Shown: positions 1 through 10,383, counted from the first letter of the stretch. The stretch: 64,000 bases of DNA from an uncultured Gemmatimonadales bacterium (GCA_963851265.1 CAWKNZ010000012.1:1-64000), one strand, 5' to 3'. Numbers and translations are program-made. The notes: generated by a model not told the origin, from the letters alone.

Positions 1-60
1 TAGCGGGCCGACGGCCGCTCGCCAAACGTCACCCGAACGACATCGAAGTGGTTCGACCCA

Positions 61-98
61 AACCCGACGGCCACCGCGGCCGTCGGGTTCTTCGCATT
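61..98 (+). terminator. Probable intrinsic terminator of an upstream transcript
   Basis: 12-bp perfect stem AACCCGACGGCC(61-72)/GGCCGTCGGGTT(78-89), followed by CTTCGCATT. Confidence 0.6.
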
Positions 99-145
99 CG
101 GTGACGATGCGGGCGTAAGTCCTGTTGCGCACAAATCCCGAAACG

Positions 146-174
146 TTGACAGTTTCGCGGCCCGGCCGTACAGT
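146..174 (+). promoter_or_regulatory. Sigma70-type promoter of the susCD-like operon, with an overlapping inverted repeat
   Basis: TTGACA(146-151), 17-bp spacer, TACAGT(169-174); inverted repeat CGAAAC-N7-GTTTCG (139-157) straddles the -35. Confidence 0.65.
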
Positions 175-393
175 GGGTCACGGACGCGTCACGCGCGCCC
201 GCCCTCCCGCCGTACCCCTCCCCCGCCCTGACGCCCGGGCGCGTTCGACCCCGCCCTGCCCTTCGCGCGCGCAGCACGCCGGCGCGCTTTTGTCGACGCC
301 GTCCCGCGGCGTCGGTCGTTCGGCCAGCGTCCTCCCCGCGCCGCCGGCGCCCGCTGGTCGTGACTGTTACGGGCTCTGACCAGAGGGGTTTTG

Positions 394-3300
394 ATGCGCG
401 CGTCACCACCGCCCGTTGTTCCTCCCGCCCGACGGTTCGGCGCGTTGCCGCTCACCGTCGTCGTCCTCGCGCTTCCGGCCGTCGTGCGGGCGCAGGGAGC
501 GACGACCGTCACCGGCACCGTCACGAGCGAGGCCGGCCTGCCGCTCGCCCTCGCCAGCGTCAACATCCCGTCGCTCGGCCTCGGCGCGCAGACCAACAGC
601 CAGGGGCGGTACACGTTCGTCGTCCCGGGGGCCCGCTCGCTCGGCCGCACCGTCGACATCGCCGCGCGCCTCGTCGGGTACCGGCCCACCACGGCGCAGG
701 TGACGCTCACCGCGGGCGCGACGGTCACGCGCAACTTCTCGCTCGCCACCAACCCGCTGCGGCTGAGCGACGTGGTGGTCACCGGCTCGGGCACGACGAG
801 CACGCGCGAGCGCCTCGGCGTCACGGTCAGCTCGGTCGCGAGCGAGCAGATCGCGCGGTCGGCCGAGGTGAACGTCGTCGACGCGCTCGCCGCCAAGGCG
901 CCGGGCATCGAGGTGGCCTCACAGTCCGGCGACCCGGGCGCGGGATCGGGCATCATCCTGCGCGGCCTCAAGACCATCCAGGGCAACGGGCAACCGCTGT
1001 TCGTCGTCGACGGCCAGCCCATCGACAACTCGGTGATCGTCACCGACGCGTCGGACACCGGGTTCGGCTACTCCAACCGCGCGCTCGACCTCAACCCGGC
1101 GGACATCGAGACCGTCGACGTGCTCAAGGGCCCGTCGGCGGCCGCGATCTACGGGCTGCGCGCGGCCAACGGCGTCATCCTCATCACGACCAAGGCCGGC
1201 CGCGCGGGCGCGACGCGTTACCAGCTGGCGACCAACTTCACGCTCGACGACGTCAACCGCTCGATCCCGCTGCAGACGCAGTGGGGGCGCGGCTTCGTCG
1301 GGGTGACACCCACCTGCGTCGCCGACGCGCTCTGCGCCAACCGCTCGTGGGGGGCGGCGCTCCCCTCGGGGACGGCGACGTACGACCACTTCGGTGAGCT
1401 GTTCCGCACGGGCAACACGATCGACCCGACGCTGCAGGTCTCGGGCGGCGACGCGCAGCGCAGCTTCTTCCTCTCGGGCGGGACGCTGCAGCAGGAGGGG
1501 GTGTCGAAGGGGCCCAACAGCCACCTGAGCCGCAACACGTTCCGGCTGCGCGCCACGCAGCAGCTGACGGGCGCGCTGCGCATCGGCGGCAACGTCAACT
1601 ACACCGACCTCTCGCAGCGCGCCATCCAGAAGGGGAACAACCTCAACGGCCTGCTGCTCGGCTCCACGCGCCAGCCGCCCGAGTACAACCCGTACCCCTA
1701 CCAGACCGCCACCGGCCAGCAGCGCTGCTGGACGATGCCGATGCCGACGCTCCCGACGAGCACGTGCACGTTCGACGGCGGGCTGTGGGTGCAGAACGTG
1801 CCGCAGAACTCGGACGCGGTGGGGCGGACGATCGGCAACGTCGACGTCTCGTACGCGCCGGCGAGCTGGATCAACGTCGGCTACACGTTAGGCATCGACC
1901 AGTACGCCGAGCGGCGGCTGGAAGGGCTGCCGCCGTACAGCGCGGGCGACGCGATCACGGGCGAACTCTGGCAGGGCACGTTCACCAACCGCCAGATCGA
2001 CCACAACCTGGTCGCCACGCTCACCAAGCAGCTGCCGCGCGGCATCCGCGGGCAGCTGGTGCTGGGGCAGAACCTCAACTGGCGGCAGTTCCGCCGCGAG
2101 CAGGTGAAGGGCGTCGGCTACATCGACCCCACGCTCTACACGCTCAACAACATCGTCTCGTCCAACCTCACGCCGCAAAACGACCAGAACAACGTCAACC
2201 TCGCGGGCTACTTCAGCGAGGGGCGGCTCGACTTCGGCGACCAGGTGTACGCCACGGCGCGCATCCGCGCCGACCAGGCGTCGACGCTGCCGAGCACGGC
2301 CCGCACGGGCTACTTCCCGGGCGCGACGCTCGCGTGGAACGTGACCAACACGCTCGGGCACCGCGACCAGCGGGGGATCCTCACGTACCTCAAGGCGCGT
2401 GCGAGCTACGGCGTGGCCGGGCGCTCGCCCGATCCGTACCAGGTGCTCACCGTGTACGGCTCCGGCCCGCAGATCTACGCGTACGGCACCGGGTCGACCA
2501 ACACGAGCGCCGGCGGACTGGCCGGGCTGCACCTCGGCGACAACGCGTTCGCGCGCGGCAACCCCAACCTGAAGTTCGAGCGCACCGCCGAGGGAGAGGG
2601 CGGCTTCGACTTCGGGCTGTTCAACCAGCGCGTGGACGGATCGCTGTCGTACTACGGGCAGGCCACGCGCGACCTGATCTTCTACGTGCCCGTCCCCGGA
2701 TCGACGGGGTTCTTCTCCGCGCTGCAGAACGGCGCGCGGGTGACCAACAAGGGCGTCGAACTGCAGGTGAACGCGCGCCTGCTCGAGCGGCGCGCCGTGT
2801 CGTGGGACGTGGGCGTCAACTTCAGCCGCAATCGCAACCAGCTCGTCTCGCTCAACGGCGCCGACTTCGTGCTGCTGCCGGGCGGGTTCGGCAACAGCGC
2901 GGCCGTCCCGGGGCACCCGCTCGGCTCGTTCTTCTTCACCGACTTCGCGCGCTGCCGCTACGACGTCCCCGACAACCAGAACCTGCAGTCGACGGCGGCG
3001 GCGGACGGCGTGAACATCAACGCGGCCTGCCGCGCGGCCAAGGCGCCTAACGGCGCGATGTACATCGACGCCAACGGGTTCCCGATCCTCGACCCGGCCA
3101 ACCGGGTCTCGGGCAACCCCAACCCCAACTGGCTCGGCGGCTTCCGCACCGGCCTGCGCCTCTGGCAGCGCCTGTCGCTCTCGGCGCTCGTCGACGTGCG
3201 CCGCGGCGGCGACGTGTGGAACGGCACGCGCGGCGCGCTGCAGAGCTACGGGACGAGCGGCTACACGTCGTCACGCGCCATCTGCACCGGCACGCGGAGC

Positions 3301-3714
3301 GCGCCCCAGTGCACGGGCAACAACCAGGTCTTCGGCACCGCGGGCTGGTTCCCGGGGCCCGTGTTCGGGCCGGGCGCGGGTACGGCCGTGCCGATCGGCG
3401 AGAACTGGTACCGCGTTGGGCTCGGCAACAACTTCAACGGCCCGTCCGCGCAGTTCGTCGAGGACGGCAGCTACACGCGCCTCCGCGAGCTCTCGGCCGC
3501 CTACACGTTCGACGGCGCGACCATCCGCCGCGTGACGCGGCTCTCGAGCCTCGACCTGCGCCTGGCGGGGCGCAACCTGTTCCTCTGGACCAAGTACAAG
3601 GGCATCGACCCGGAGACGAACCTCGCGGGGCCGATCGGCGCTGGGCGCGGGCAGGACTACTTCAACAACCCGCAGACGCGTTCGGTGGTGCTCAACGTGA
3701 CGCTCAACCGCTGA
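394..3714 (+). CDS. SusC/RagA-family TonB-dependent outer membrane transporter
   Basis: Signal peptide, carboxypeptidase-regulatory-like N domain, plug motifs PLFVVDG and DIETVDVLKGPSAAAIYG..AANGVILITTK, GNPNLKFE, C-terminal FVEDGSYTRLRE..GIDPE. Confidence 0.95.
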   Translation: MRASPPPVVPPARRFGALPLTVVVLALPAVVRAQGATTVTGTVTSEAGLPLALASVNIPSLGLGAQTNSQGRYTFVVPGARSLGRTVDIAARLVGYRPTTAQVTLTAGATVTRNFSLATNPLRLSDVVVTGSGTTSTRERLGVTVSSVASEQIARSAEVNVVDALAAKAPGIEVASQSGDPGAGSGIILRGLKTIQGNGQPLFVVDGQPIDNSVIVTDASDTGFGYSNRALDLNPADIETVDVLKGPSAAAIYGLRAANGVILITTKAGRAGATRYQLATNFTLDDVNRSIPLQTQWGRGFVGVTPTCVADALCANRSWGAALPSGTATYDHFGELFRTGNTIDPTLQVSGGDAQRSFFLSGGTLQQEGVSKGPNSHLSRNTFRLRATQQLTGALRIGGNVNYTDLSQRAIQKGNNLNGLLLGSTRQPPEYNPYPYQTATGQQRCWTMPMPTLPTSTCTFDGGLWVQNVPQNSDAVGRTIGNVDVSYAPASWINVGYTLGIDQYAERRLEGLPPYSAGDAITGELWQGTFTNRQIDHNLVATLTKQLPRGIRGQLVLGQNLNWRQFRREQVKGVGYIDPTLYTLNNIVSSNLTPQNDQNNVNLAGYFSEGRLDFGDQVYATARIRADQASTLPSTARTGYFPGATLAWNVTNTLGHRDQRGILTYLKARASYGVAGRSPDPYQVLTVYGSGPQIYAYGTGSTNTSAGGLAGLHLGDNAFARGNPNLKFERTAEGEGGFDFGLFNQRVDGSLSYYGQATRDLIFYVPVPGSTGFFSALQNGARVTNKGVELQVNARLLERRAVSWDVGVNFSRNRNQLVSLNGADFVLLPGGFGNSAAVPGHPLGSFFFTDFARCRYDVPDNQNLQSTAAADGVNINAACRAAKAPNGAMYIDANGFPILDPANRVSGNPNPNWLGGFRTGLRLWQRLSLSALVDVRRGGDVWNGTRGALQSYGTSGYTSSRAICTGTRSAPQCTGNNQVFGTAGWFPGPVFGPGAGTAVPIGENWYRVGLGNNFNGPSAQFVEDGSYTRLRELSAAYTFDGATIRRVTRLSSLDLRLAGRNLFLWTKYKGIDPETNLAGPIGAGRGQDYFNNPQTRSVVLNVTLNR

Positions 3715-3730
3715 CCGGGACCGCGCCGCC

Positions 3731-5149
3731 ATGACTTCCCGACTCTCCCGCGCGTTCTCGCGCCGCACGCTCGCCGCCGGCCTCGCGACGGCCGCCTGCC
3801 TCGCGACCGCCCCCGCCTGCAAATCCAACCTCACCGGCGGGGACCTCACCGACAACCCGAACGCCCCGTCCAAGGCGTCCATCAACCAGGAAATCGTCGC
3901 GGTCACCGCGATCAGCGGCGCGGCGCTCACCGCCGACGACAACCGCGTCATCTCGATCTGGATGCGGCAGATGGCCGGCACCGGCCGCCAGTGGCTGACC
4001 TACGACGGCCCGTACATCATCGACGAGAACTCGTTCGGCTCGTTCGCCAACTTCTACACCGGCGGGGGCCTCGTCGACATCCGCGCCATCCAGACCAAAG
4101 CGAAGGCCGCCAACGACCGCCTCTACCTCGGCGTCGCCGAGGTGTGGGAGGCGCTCGTGATGGGCTACGTCGCCGACTGGTGGGGCGACATCCCGTACCG
4201 ACAGGCCGCCGACCTCTCGGTCACGCAGCCGGCGCTCGACCCGCAGCAGCAGGTGTACGCCGACCTGCAGAAGCTGCTCGACGCCGCGATCGGCGACCTG
4301 CAGGCCGGCGGCACCGGGCCCGGCGCGTTCGACCTGATATATGGTGGTGACGCGAAGAAGTGGACCGCGCTCGCCCACACCCTCAAGGCGCGCCTCTACC
4401 TGCACACGGCCGAGCGCGACGCGTCGGCGTACGCGTCGGCGCTGGCGCAGGCGCAGCTGGGCATCGCCGACGCGACCGGCGACTTCCGCACGTACCAGAG
4501 CAGCACGGTGGGCGAGGAGAACCAGTGGTTCCAGTTCGCGCGCGGACGCGGCACCGACATCAGCAGCGGGTCGTTCCTCGTCAACCTGATGGCGACGCGC
4601 AACGCGGGGGGGCCGGACGCGCGCCTCACGCAGTACTTCGCGCCTAACGGCACGGGCAGGGTGGTCGGCGCCGACCCCGGGCAGGAGGGCGAGACGTTCT
4701 CGTACCTCAGCACGACGCGCGGCGACGCGGGATTCCGGCAGCCGCTCGTCACCGCGGCCGAGAACACTCTCATCCGCGCCGAGGCGCGCCTGCAGACGGG
4801 CGACCTCACGGGTGCGGCCGCCGACCTCAACACCGAGCGCGCGACGGCGGGGCTGCCGGCGGTTGCGAGCGGCCTGCCGCGGGCCGCGCTCTACCAGCAG
4901 ATCATCGAGGAGAAGTACGTCGCGCTGTTCCAGAACGCCGAAGTGTGGAGCGACTGGAAGCGCACCTGCTGGCCGAATTTCGCGCCGGCCAACGGCGCGC
5001 GCGTGATCCCGGCGCGCTTCTTCTACGGCGCCGACGAGCGCGGGACCAACCCCAACATCCCGTCGCCGAGCGCGGCGCCGCGCCGCAACTGGAACGACCC
5101 GGCGAACGCGACGGCACTGGACGGCAGTGCGTGTCTCGGGCAGGGGTGA
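3731..5149 (+). CDS. SusD/RagB-family lipoprotein
   Basis: Directly after SusC; signal peptide ending in Cys (APAC); WGDIPY, DLIYGGD..KW, IIEEKYVALF..EVWSDWKRT motifs. Confidence 0.93.
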   Translation: MTSRLSRAFSRRTLAAGLATAACLATAPACKSNLTGGDLTDNPNAPSKASINQEIVAVTAISGAALTADDNRVISIWMRQMAGTGRQWLTYDGPYIIDENSFGSFANFYTGGGLVDIRAIQTKAKAANDRLYLGVAEVWEALVMGYVADWWGDIPYRQAADLSVTQPALDPQQQVYADLQKLLDAAIGDLQAGGTGPGAFDLIYGGDAKKWTALAHTLKARLYLHTAERDASAYASALAQAQLGIADATGDFRTYQSSTVGEENQWFQFARGRGTDISSGSFLVNLMATRNAGGPDARLTQYFAPNGTGRVVGADPGQEGETFSYLSTTRGDAGFRQPLVTAAENTLIRAEARLQTGDLTGAAADLNTERATAGLPAVASGLPRAALYQQIIEEKYVALFQNAEVWSDWKRTCWPNFAPANGARVIPARFFYGADERGTNPNIPSPSAAPRRNWNDPANATALDGSACLGQG

Positions 5150-5192
5150 GCCCCGCGGCGGGGCGGCGCTGACGCGGTGCTGAAGCCGCGCG

Positions 5193-5246
5193 GTTGACGG
5201 GGCGGGTTCGGCCGGGTCACTCCCCGGTCGAACCCGCCCCGTCAAC
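5193..5246. terminator. Long GC hairpin between convergent genes (bidirectional terminator or REP-like)
   Basis: GTTGACGGGGCGGGTTCG(5193-5210) pairs with CGAACCCGCCCCGTCAAC(5229-5246), plus an inner CCGGG/CCCGG stem. Confidence 0.65.
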
Positions 5247-5295
5247 GTTGCCGCGTCGACCTCGCCCCGTCGACGCGGCCCAGGTCAGCCCCAGG

Positions 5296-7170
5296 TCAGC
5301 GCTGCCCCGTGAACCGCGGCTCGCCGGTCCCGAGGCGATCGCCGCCAGGGAGCTGCGTCGCCCCGGCCGGCACCCGCACGGCCCCGGGCACCACGGGGCG
5401 ATCCGCGGGCGTCTGCGTCGGCCGGTACGCGAGCGCCACGCGCACGAATTCGGGCATGTCGAAGCGCCCGTGCGGGTCGCGAAACTCGGGCTGCCATCCC
5501 GGGTCCTGCGCCAGGAACGAGTGGCTGTCGCCGAGCAGCAGCCCGACGAACACCTCGGCCACGATCCGCCCGCCGACCGGCCCCAGGCGCACCGGGATCG
5601 CGTTGGCCGCGGCCTCGCCGAGGCCGCGTGCCTGTTGGAGCCACGCGTGCTGCGCTTCGGCGAGGATGTACGTCCAGAGGGGCGCGTTGCCGCGGAACGA
5701 CGCGCCGTAGGCCGTGATCGGCTGGTTCACGTTCGCGTGCACCGCGTCGGCCCACGTCGCCTTACCGATGCGGATATCCGCGTCGCGGAGCGGGGTGAGC
5801 CCCATCGCGCGCGCCACCGACTGCCCGCTCGGCAGCCCCATGCGGAGCCCGCGGAGGAGGTTGCGGCGCGCCAGGTTGGGCACCACGTCGGTGCCCGGCG
5901 CGGGCGTCGGGTTCCCGTGCGCGTCGGGGATCAGGTTGCGACTGTCGGGCGCGAAGCGGCAGAACTCGGGCAGGTAGGCGAGCGGGTTGACGAGCGACGT
6001 GTCGAGCTTGTACGACGGCTGCACGCGTCCGCGCCCCTGCGCCTGGCTGTGCTCGGGGGTGAGCGTCGAGTCGAGTTCGAAGAACAGCCCCCAGTCGATC
6101 GCCCAGTTCGACGGGAACGGCCCGAACCCCGCGAGCGAGCGCGCGCCGACGCCCGAGAAGATGAACTGCCGCCCGTCGCGCCCCATCTCGACGTCGTGCG
6201 GCGAGGGGAGCGGATCGACGGTGCCGAGCACGGTGTTGAGGCGGTAGATCGGGCGCACCATCGAGTGGCCGAAACGGTACGCGGCCGCGGTGAACTCGAT
6301 CGGGATGAAGGGCGCCTCGCGCGGGCGGTAGAAGTCGAGCCGCGGCGGGTCGTCGAAGATCGTGCGCCCCGACGCGAGGTGCGGGAGCACGGCGTGCAGC
6401 CGCTCGGTCCCGACGAGGCGCGGCAAGAAATCGTGCAGGATCACCCACTGGTAGTGCCAGCGGACGACGCGCTGCAGCTCGGCGAACGGCGTGTGCGGGT
6501 CACGCAGCGACGCGACGCGGTTGTGAAAGCGGAGGAACAGCCCCTGGAGCTGCGAGACGATCACGTTCTCGTCGTTGCGCTTGTCGCCGATGAGCGCCCG
6601 GCCGTTGAAGCGCGCGAGGTCGTGCGTGTCGGACGGGTGCGAGGCGTCGCCGCGCGTCATCGGCGCGCCGAACACGAAGCGGCGGCCGTCGTCGTCGTAC
6701 AGGAACGGCTCGTCGGCCGGGCCACGCCCGTAGACGTTGTCGAGGTCGAAGCGCGGCGTGCGGTAGTCCGTCAGCCCGTCCGGGTCGTTCTCGCGGACGA
6801 GGCTGCTCGCGGGGTCGAACGTGAGGTCGTGGTCGATGAACTGCCCGAGGTAGGTGTAGCCCGCCGGGATGCCGAAGTTCTCCTCGTCGTCGAGCTCCGT
6901 CTCCTTGGTCGCGCCCGCGTCGATGAAGCGGGTGTCCCGGTCGATGACCACCGTGCCGTCGGGCCCCGGCTCGGGCTTGGCGGACATCGCGTCGGCCAGG
7001 GCGTCGAGTTCCGCCTCCACGAACTCCGCGGCGGGGAGCGTGCGGAACATGCGCCCGAAGCGGCCTTCGAACTGCTGCGAGTGGCGGGGAAGGTCGGCCC
7101 CGCGGATGCCGCCGCCGTGCGACGGGCCCCGCTTCGCGGCGCTGGGCGGCAGTCGGTGGGATTCGGACAT
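5296..7170 (-). CDS. Bacterial heme peroxidase (peroxidase-cyclooxygenase / animal peroxidase family)
   Basis: GYTYLGQFIDHDLTFD, LIGDKRNDEN, FLRFHN, EFTAAAYRFGHSM, PLWTYILAEA, LGPVGGRIVAE; AGGAGA RBS before ATG 7170. Confidence 0.9.
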   Translation of the reverse strand: MSESHRLPPSAAKRGPSHGGGIRGADLPRHSQQFEGRFGRMFRTLPAAEFVEAELDALADAMSAKPEPGPDGTVVIDRDTRFIDAGATKETELDDEENFGIPAGYTYLGQFIDHDLTFDPASSLVRENDPDGLTDYRTPRFDLDNVYGRGPADEPFLYDDDGRRFVFGAPMTRGDASHPSDTHDLARFNGRALIGDKRNDENVIVSQLQGLFLRFHNRVASLRDPHTPFAELQRVVRWHYQWVILHDFLPRLVGTERLHAVLPHLASGRTIFDDPPRLDFYRPREAPFIPIEFTAAAYRFGHSMVRPIYRLNTVLGTVDPLPSPHDVEMGRDGRQFIFSGVGARSLAGFGPFPSNWAIDWGLFFELDSTLTPEHSQAQGRGRVQPSYKLDTSLVNPLAYLPEFCRFAPDSRNLIPDAHGNPTPAPGTDVVPNLARRNLLRGLRMGLPSGQSVARAMGLTPLRDADIRIGKATWADAVHANVNQPITAYGASFRGNAPLWTYILAEAQHAWLQQARGLGEAAANAIPVRLGPVGGRIVAEVFVGLLLGDSHSFLAQDPGWQPEFRDPHGRFDMPEFVRVALAYRPTQTPADRPVVPGAVRVPAGATQLPGGDRLGTGEPRFTGQR

Positions 7171-7389
7171 GCGTTCTCCTCCGGCAAGGGTGGGGCGGCG
7201 CGACGCGCGTAGCAGGTTCGCTGCGCGTCGCGACGATGCGATCCCGCCCACGACGGAGCAAGAGCGCGCGCCCCCCCGCCGGCCCCGGATCGGGGGCCCG
7301 CGGGGGGGCGCGGCGGCGCTGACGCGATTAACGCGCGTTAGGTGTTGAAAACCACGCCGTCGAACCGGCACCAGCGCGGAGCGTCAGCT

Positions 7390-9594
7390 TCACCGCCCCG
7401 ACGCCGCGCCCGACGTCGTGACCAGCCCGCGCTCCTCCATCAGCGGCGCGATCTTCGGGTCGCGCCCGGCGAACGCGCGGTACATCGCGCCCGCCTCCGT
7501 CGTGCCGCCGCGGGAGAGGATCATGTCGCGGAAGCGCTGCCCGTTCTCGCGCGTCATCCCGCCGTGCTCCACGAACCACGCGTACGCGTCGTCGTCGAGC
7601 ACCTCGCTCCACATGTACGCGTAGTAGCCGGCCGAGTAGCCGCCGCCCCAGATGTGCGCGAAGTAGGGCGTGCGGTAGCGCGGCGGCACCTCGGGCATCG
7701 CCACGCCGAACTGGCGCAGCGCGTCCTGCTCGAACGGGCCCACGTCCTGCCGCGGGGCGCTCGCGGGGAGCGCGTGCCAGGCGAGGTCCAGCAGCGACGC
7801 GGCGAGGTACTCGGTGGTGGCGAAGCCCTGGTTGAACGTGCGCGCCGCGCGGATGCGCTCGGCGAGCGGCTGCGGCATCGGCGCGCCCGTCTGGTAGTGC
7901 GTCGCGTAGTGCGCGAACACGCGCGGCTCGAGCGCCCAGTGCTCGTTGAACTGCGACGGGAACTCGACGAAGTCGCGCGGCGTGTTGGCGCCGGCGAACG
8001 TCGGGTAGGTGACGTGCGAGAACATCCCGTGCAGCGCGTGGCCGAACTCGTGAAACATGGTGCGCACGTCGTCCGACGTGAGCAGCGCGGGCTGCCCGGG
8101 CGCGGGCTTCTGGAAGTTCGCGACGTTGTAGACCACCGGCTTCGTACCGCGGAGCGCCGACTGGTCGACGAACGTGTCCATCCACGCGCCGCCGTTCTTG
8201 TTGTCGCGCTTGAAGTAGTCGCAGTACCAGAGCGCGAGCGGGCTGCCGTCCTTGTCGAACACCTCGAACACGCGCACGTCGGGCTGGTAGACCGGAAGGT
8301 CGTGGCGCTCCTTGAAGGTGAGGCCGTACATCTGGTTGGCCGCGTAGAAGACGCCGTTCTGCAGCACGTGGTTCAGCTCGAAGTACGGCCGCAGCTGCGC
8401 CTGGTCGAGGTCGTAGCGGGCCTTGCGCACCTGTTCGCTGTAGTACTGCCAGTCCCACGGCTGCAGTCGGAACCCCCCGCCCTGCCGGTCGATGAGCGCC
8501 TGCATCTGGGCGGCCTCGCCGCGCGCCTTGGCCGTGGCCGGCGGCGCGAGCTGCGCGAGGAGGCCGATCGCGTGCTCGGGGGTCTTCGCGCCCTGGTCGT
8601 CGAGCTTGTACGCGGCGTACGACGGGTAGCCTAACAGACGCGCCTTCTCGGCGCGGAGCTGCGCGAGGCGCGTGACCACGGCGCGCGTGTCGTTGGAGTC
8701 GCCGCGCTCGGCGCGCGTGGTCGAGGCGACGAAGAGGCGCTCGCGGAGGGCGCGGTTCTTCAGCACCGCCATGAGCGGCTGCTGCGTCGTGTTCTGGAGC
8801 GGGATCACCCACTTGCCCGACATCCCGCGCTGCCGTGCCGCGTCGGCGGCGGCGGCGATCTCGCCGGCGCCCAGGCCCTCGAGGTCGCGCACGTCGTCCA
8901 CGACCACCGCCCCGGCCTTGGTCGCCGCGAGCAGCTTCTTCTGGAACGTGGTCGTGAGGTTCGACTCCTCCTCGTTCAGCGCGCGCACGCGGCGCTGGTC
9001 CGCTTCGGCCAGGTTGGCGCCCGCGCGCACGAAGTCGCGGCGGTAGCGCTCGACGAGGAACAGCTGCTCGGGGGTGAGGCCGAGCGAGGCGCGGCGGTCG
9101 TAGACCGCCTGCACACGGCGGTAGAGAGCCGGGTTGAGGAAGATCGCGTCCGCGTGGGCCGCGAGCTTGGGCGCCACCGCCGTCTGCACACGCTGCAGCG
9201 TGTCGTTGGTGTTCGCGGCGACGATGTTGAAGAAGGTCTTCGTCGCACGCGTGAGCAGCTCGCCGGAACGCTCCATCGCGACGATCGTGTTGTCGAACGT
9301 CGGCGGCGCGCTCTGGTTCGCGATGGCCTCGACTTCGGCGAGCTGCCGGCGCATCCCGTCCTCGATCGCCGGCTCGTAATCGGCGTTGCGGATGCGGTCG
9401 AAGGGGGGTGCCTCGTAGGGGAGCGAACTCGCGGCGAGGAGCGGGTTGGCAGACGAGGGGGCGGGCGCGGCAGACGGCGCCGGGGCGGCGGCCGGGGCGG
9501 GCCCGGCGACCGGGGCCGGCGCCGCGGCGGGCGGCGCGTGCGCGCAGGCGGCGACGGCCGCCGCAGCAAGGAGCGGAAGACGGGTGCGGAGCAT
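7390..9594 (-). CDS. dcp: M3-family peptidyl-dipeptidase Dcp-like metallopeptidase, lipoprotein-type signal
   Basis: HEFGH zinc motif, RDFVEFPSQ, KNGGAWM, GYSAGYYAYMWSEVL; VAAC lipobox. Confidence 0.9.
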   Translation of the reverse strand: MLRTRLPLLAAAAVAACAHAPPAAAPAPVAGPAPAAAPAPSAAPAPSSANPLLAASSLPYEAPPFDRIRNADYEPAIEDGMRRQLAEVEAIANQSAPPTFDNTIVAMERSGELLTRATKTFFNIVAANTNDTLQRVQTAVAPKLAAHADAIFLNPALYRRVQAVYDRRASLGLTPEQLFLVERYRRDFVRAGANLAEADQRRVRALNEEESNLTTTFQKKLLAATKAGAVVVDDVRDLEGLGAGEIAAAADAARQRGMSGKWVIPLQNTTQQPLMAVLKNRALRERLFVASTTRAERGDSNDTRAVVTRLAQLRAEKARLLGYPSYAAYKLDDQGAKTPEHAIGLLAQLAPPATAKARGEAAQMQALIDRQGGGFRLQPWDWQYYSEQVRKARYDLDQAQLRPYFELNHVLQNGVFYAANQMYGLTFKERHDLPVYQPDVRVFEVFDKDGSPLALWYCDYFKRDNKNGGAWMDTFVDQSALRGTKPVVYNVANFQKPAPGQPALLTSDDVRTMFHEFGHALHGMFSHVTYPTFAGANTPRDFVEFPSQFNEHWALEPRVFAHYATHYQTGAPMPQPLAERIRAARTFNQGFATTEYLAASLLDLAWHALPASAPRQDVGPFEQDALRQFGVAMPEVPPRYRTPYFAHIWGGGYSAGYYAYMWSEVLDDDAYAWFVEHGGMTRENGQRFRDMILSRGGTTEAGAMYRAFAGRDPKIAPLMEERGLVTTSGAASGR

Positions 9595-9664
9595 GCAATG
9601 GGGTACTCCGCAGCGCCCCGTCAGGTTGCGCGGAGCGGCGTTCCGCCGCCGAGAGGCGGGGTGA

Positions 9665-9692
9665 CGCGGGGGCCCCGGTCAGGGCCCCCGCG
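9665..9692. terminator. GC hairpin downstream of the PEP-CTERM gene
   Basis: CGCGGGGGCCC-N6-GGGCCCCCGCG. Confidence 0.5.
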
Positions 9693-9699
9693 CCCGAAC

Positions 9700-10383
9700 T
9701 CAGGCCGCGGCCGCGTTGCGCCGACGCCGGCGCAACACGCCGACCAGCCCGACGCTCCCCACGCCGATCAGCGCGAGCGACCCGGGCTCCGGCGTCGCCG
9801 ACACCGCGACCCCGCCGGCCACGTAGTCCAGCGCGGCGTCCGCCGTCGTGAGCGACGCCCCGTAGTCGACGCCGTCGCCCATGTCCCCGTTGCTCCAGAC
9901 GTTGACCATCCGGCCGCCGCCGACGTCGAACAGCAGCCCGTAGACGTCGAGGAACCCGCCCTGGAACGGGTAGTCGGAGCCCGTCTGCGGCGACCCGCCG
10001 GGCCAGAACAGGTTGTCGTACGTGGCGAACCCGTTGGTGTAATCGGGCAGCCCCGTCATCACCGCGAACCGGCTGAAATCGTTCGGCGCCGCCGTGTTGC
10101 CCGGCTCCGGTGTGGCGTGCGTGATCGCCATGAGCGATCCGACCGGCGCGCCGACGATGTTCAGGCCGTTGTTCGTGTCGTAGAAGCTGCCGCGGATGCC
10201 GGTGACCTCGTAGGCATTCGGGTACTTCGCGTCGGTGGCGGCGCCGTAGGTGAGCACGAGGGTTCCCCCAATGCCCATGCCGCCGAAGACGAAGCTGTAC
10301 GTGCTGGCGCGTGCCTCGCTGGCCATCGTGCTGGCGGCCGCGAACATCGCGAGCCCCGCGGCGAGCAGACGGGATTTCTTCAT
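9700..10383 (-). CDS. PEP-CTERM sorting domain protein
   Basis: Signal peptide MKKSRLLAAGLAMF; C-terminal TPEPGSLALIGVGSVGLVGVLRRRRR. Confidence 0.92.
   Translation of the reverse strand: MKKSRLLAAGLAMFAAASTMASEARASTYSFVFGGMGIGGTLVLTYGAATDAKYPNAYEVTGIRGSFYDTNNGLNIVGAPVGSLMAITHATPEPGNTAAPNDFSRFAVMTGLPDYTNGFATYDNLFWPGGSPQTGSDYPFQGGFLDVYGLLFDVGGGRMVNVWSNGDMGDGVDYGASLTTADAALDYVAGGVAVSATPEPGSLALIGVGSVGLVGVLRRRRRNAAAA

Noticed and set aside
175..393. Riboswitch in the long susC leader
   Set aside because: No recognisable cobalamin, TPP or other aptamer consensus by eye; an Rfam scan would be needed.
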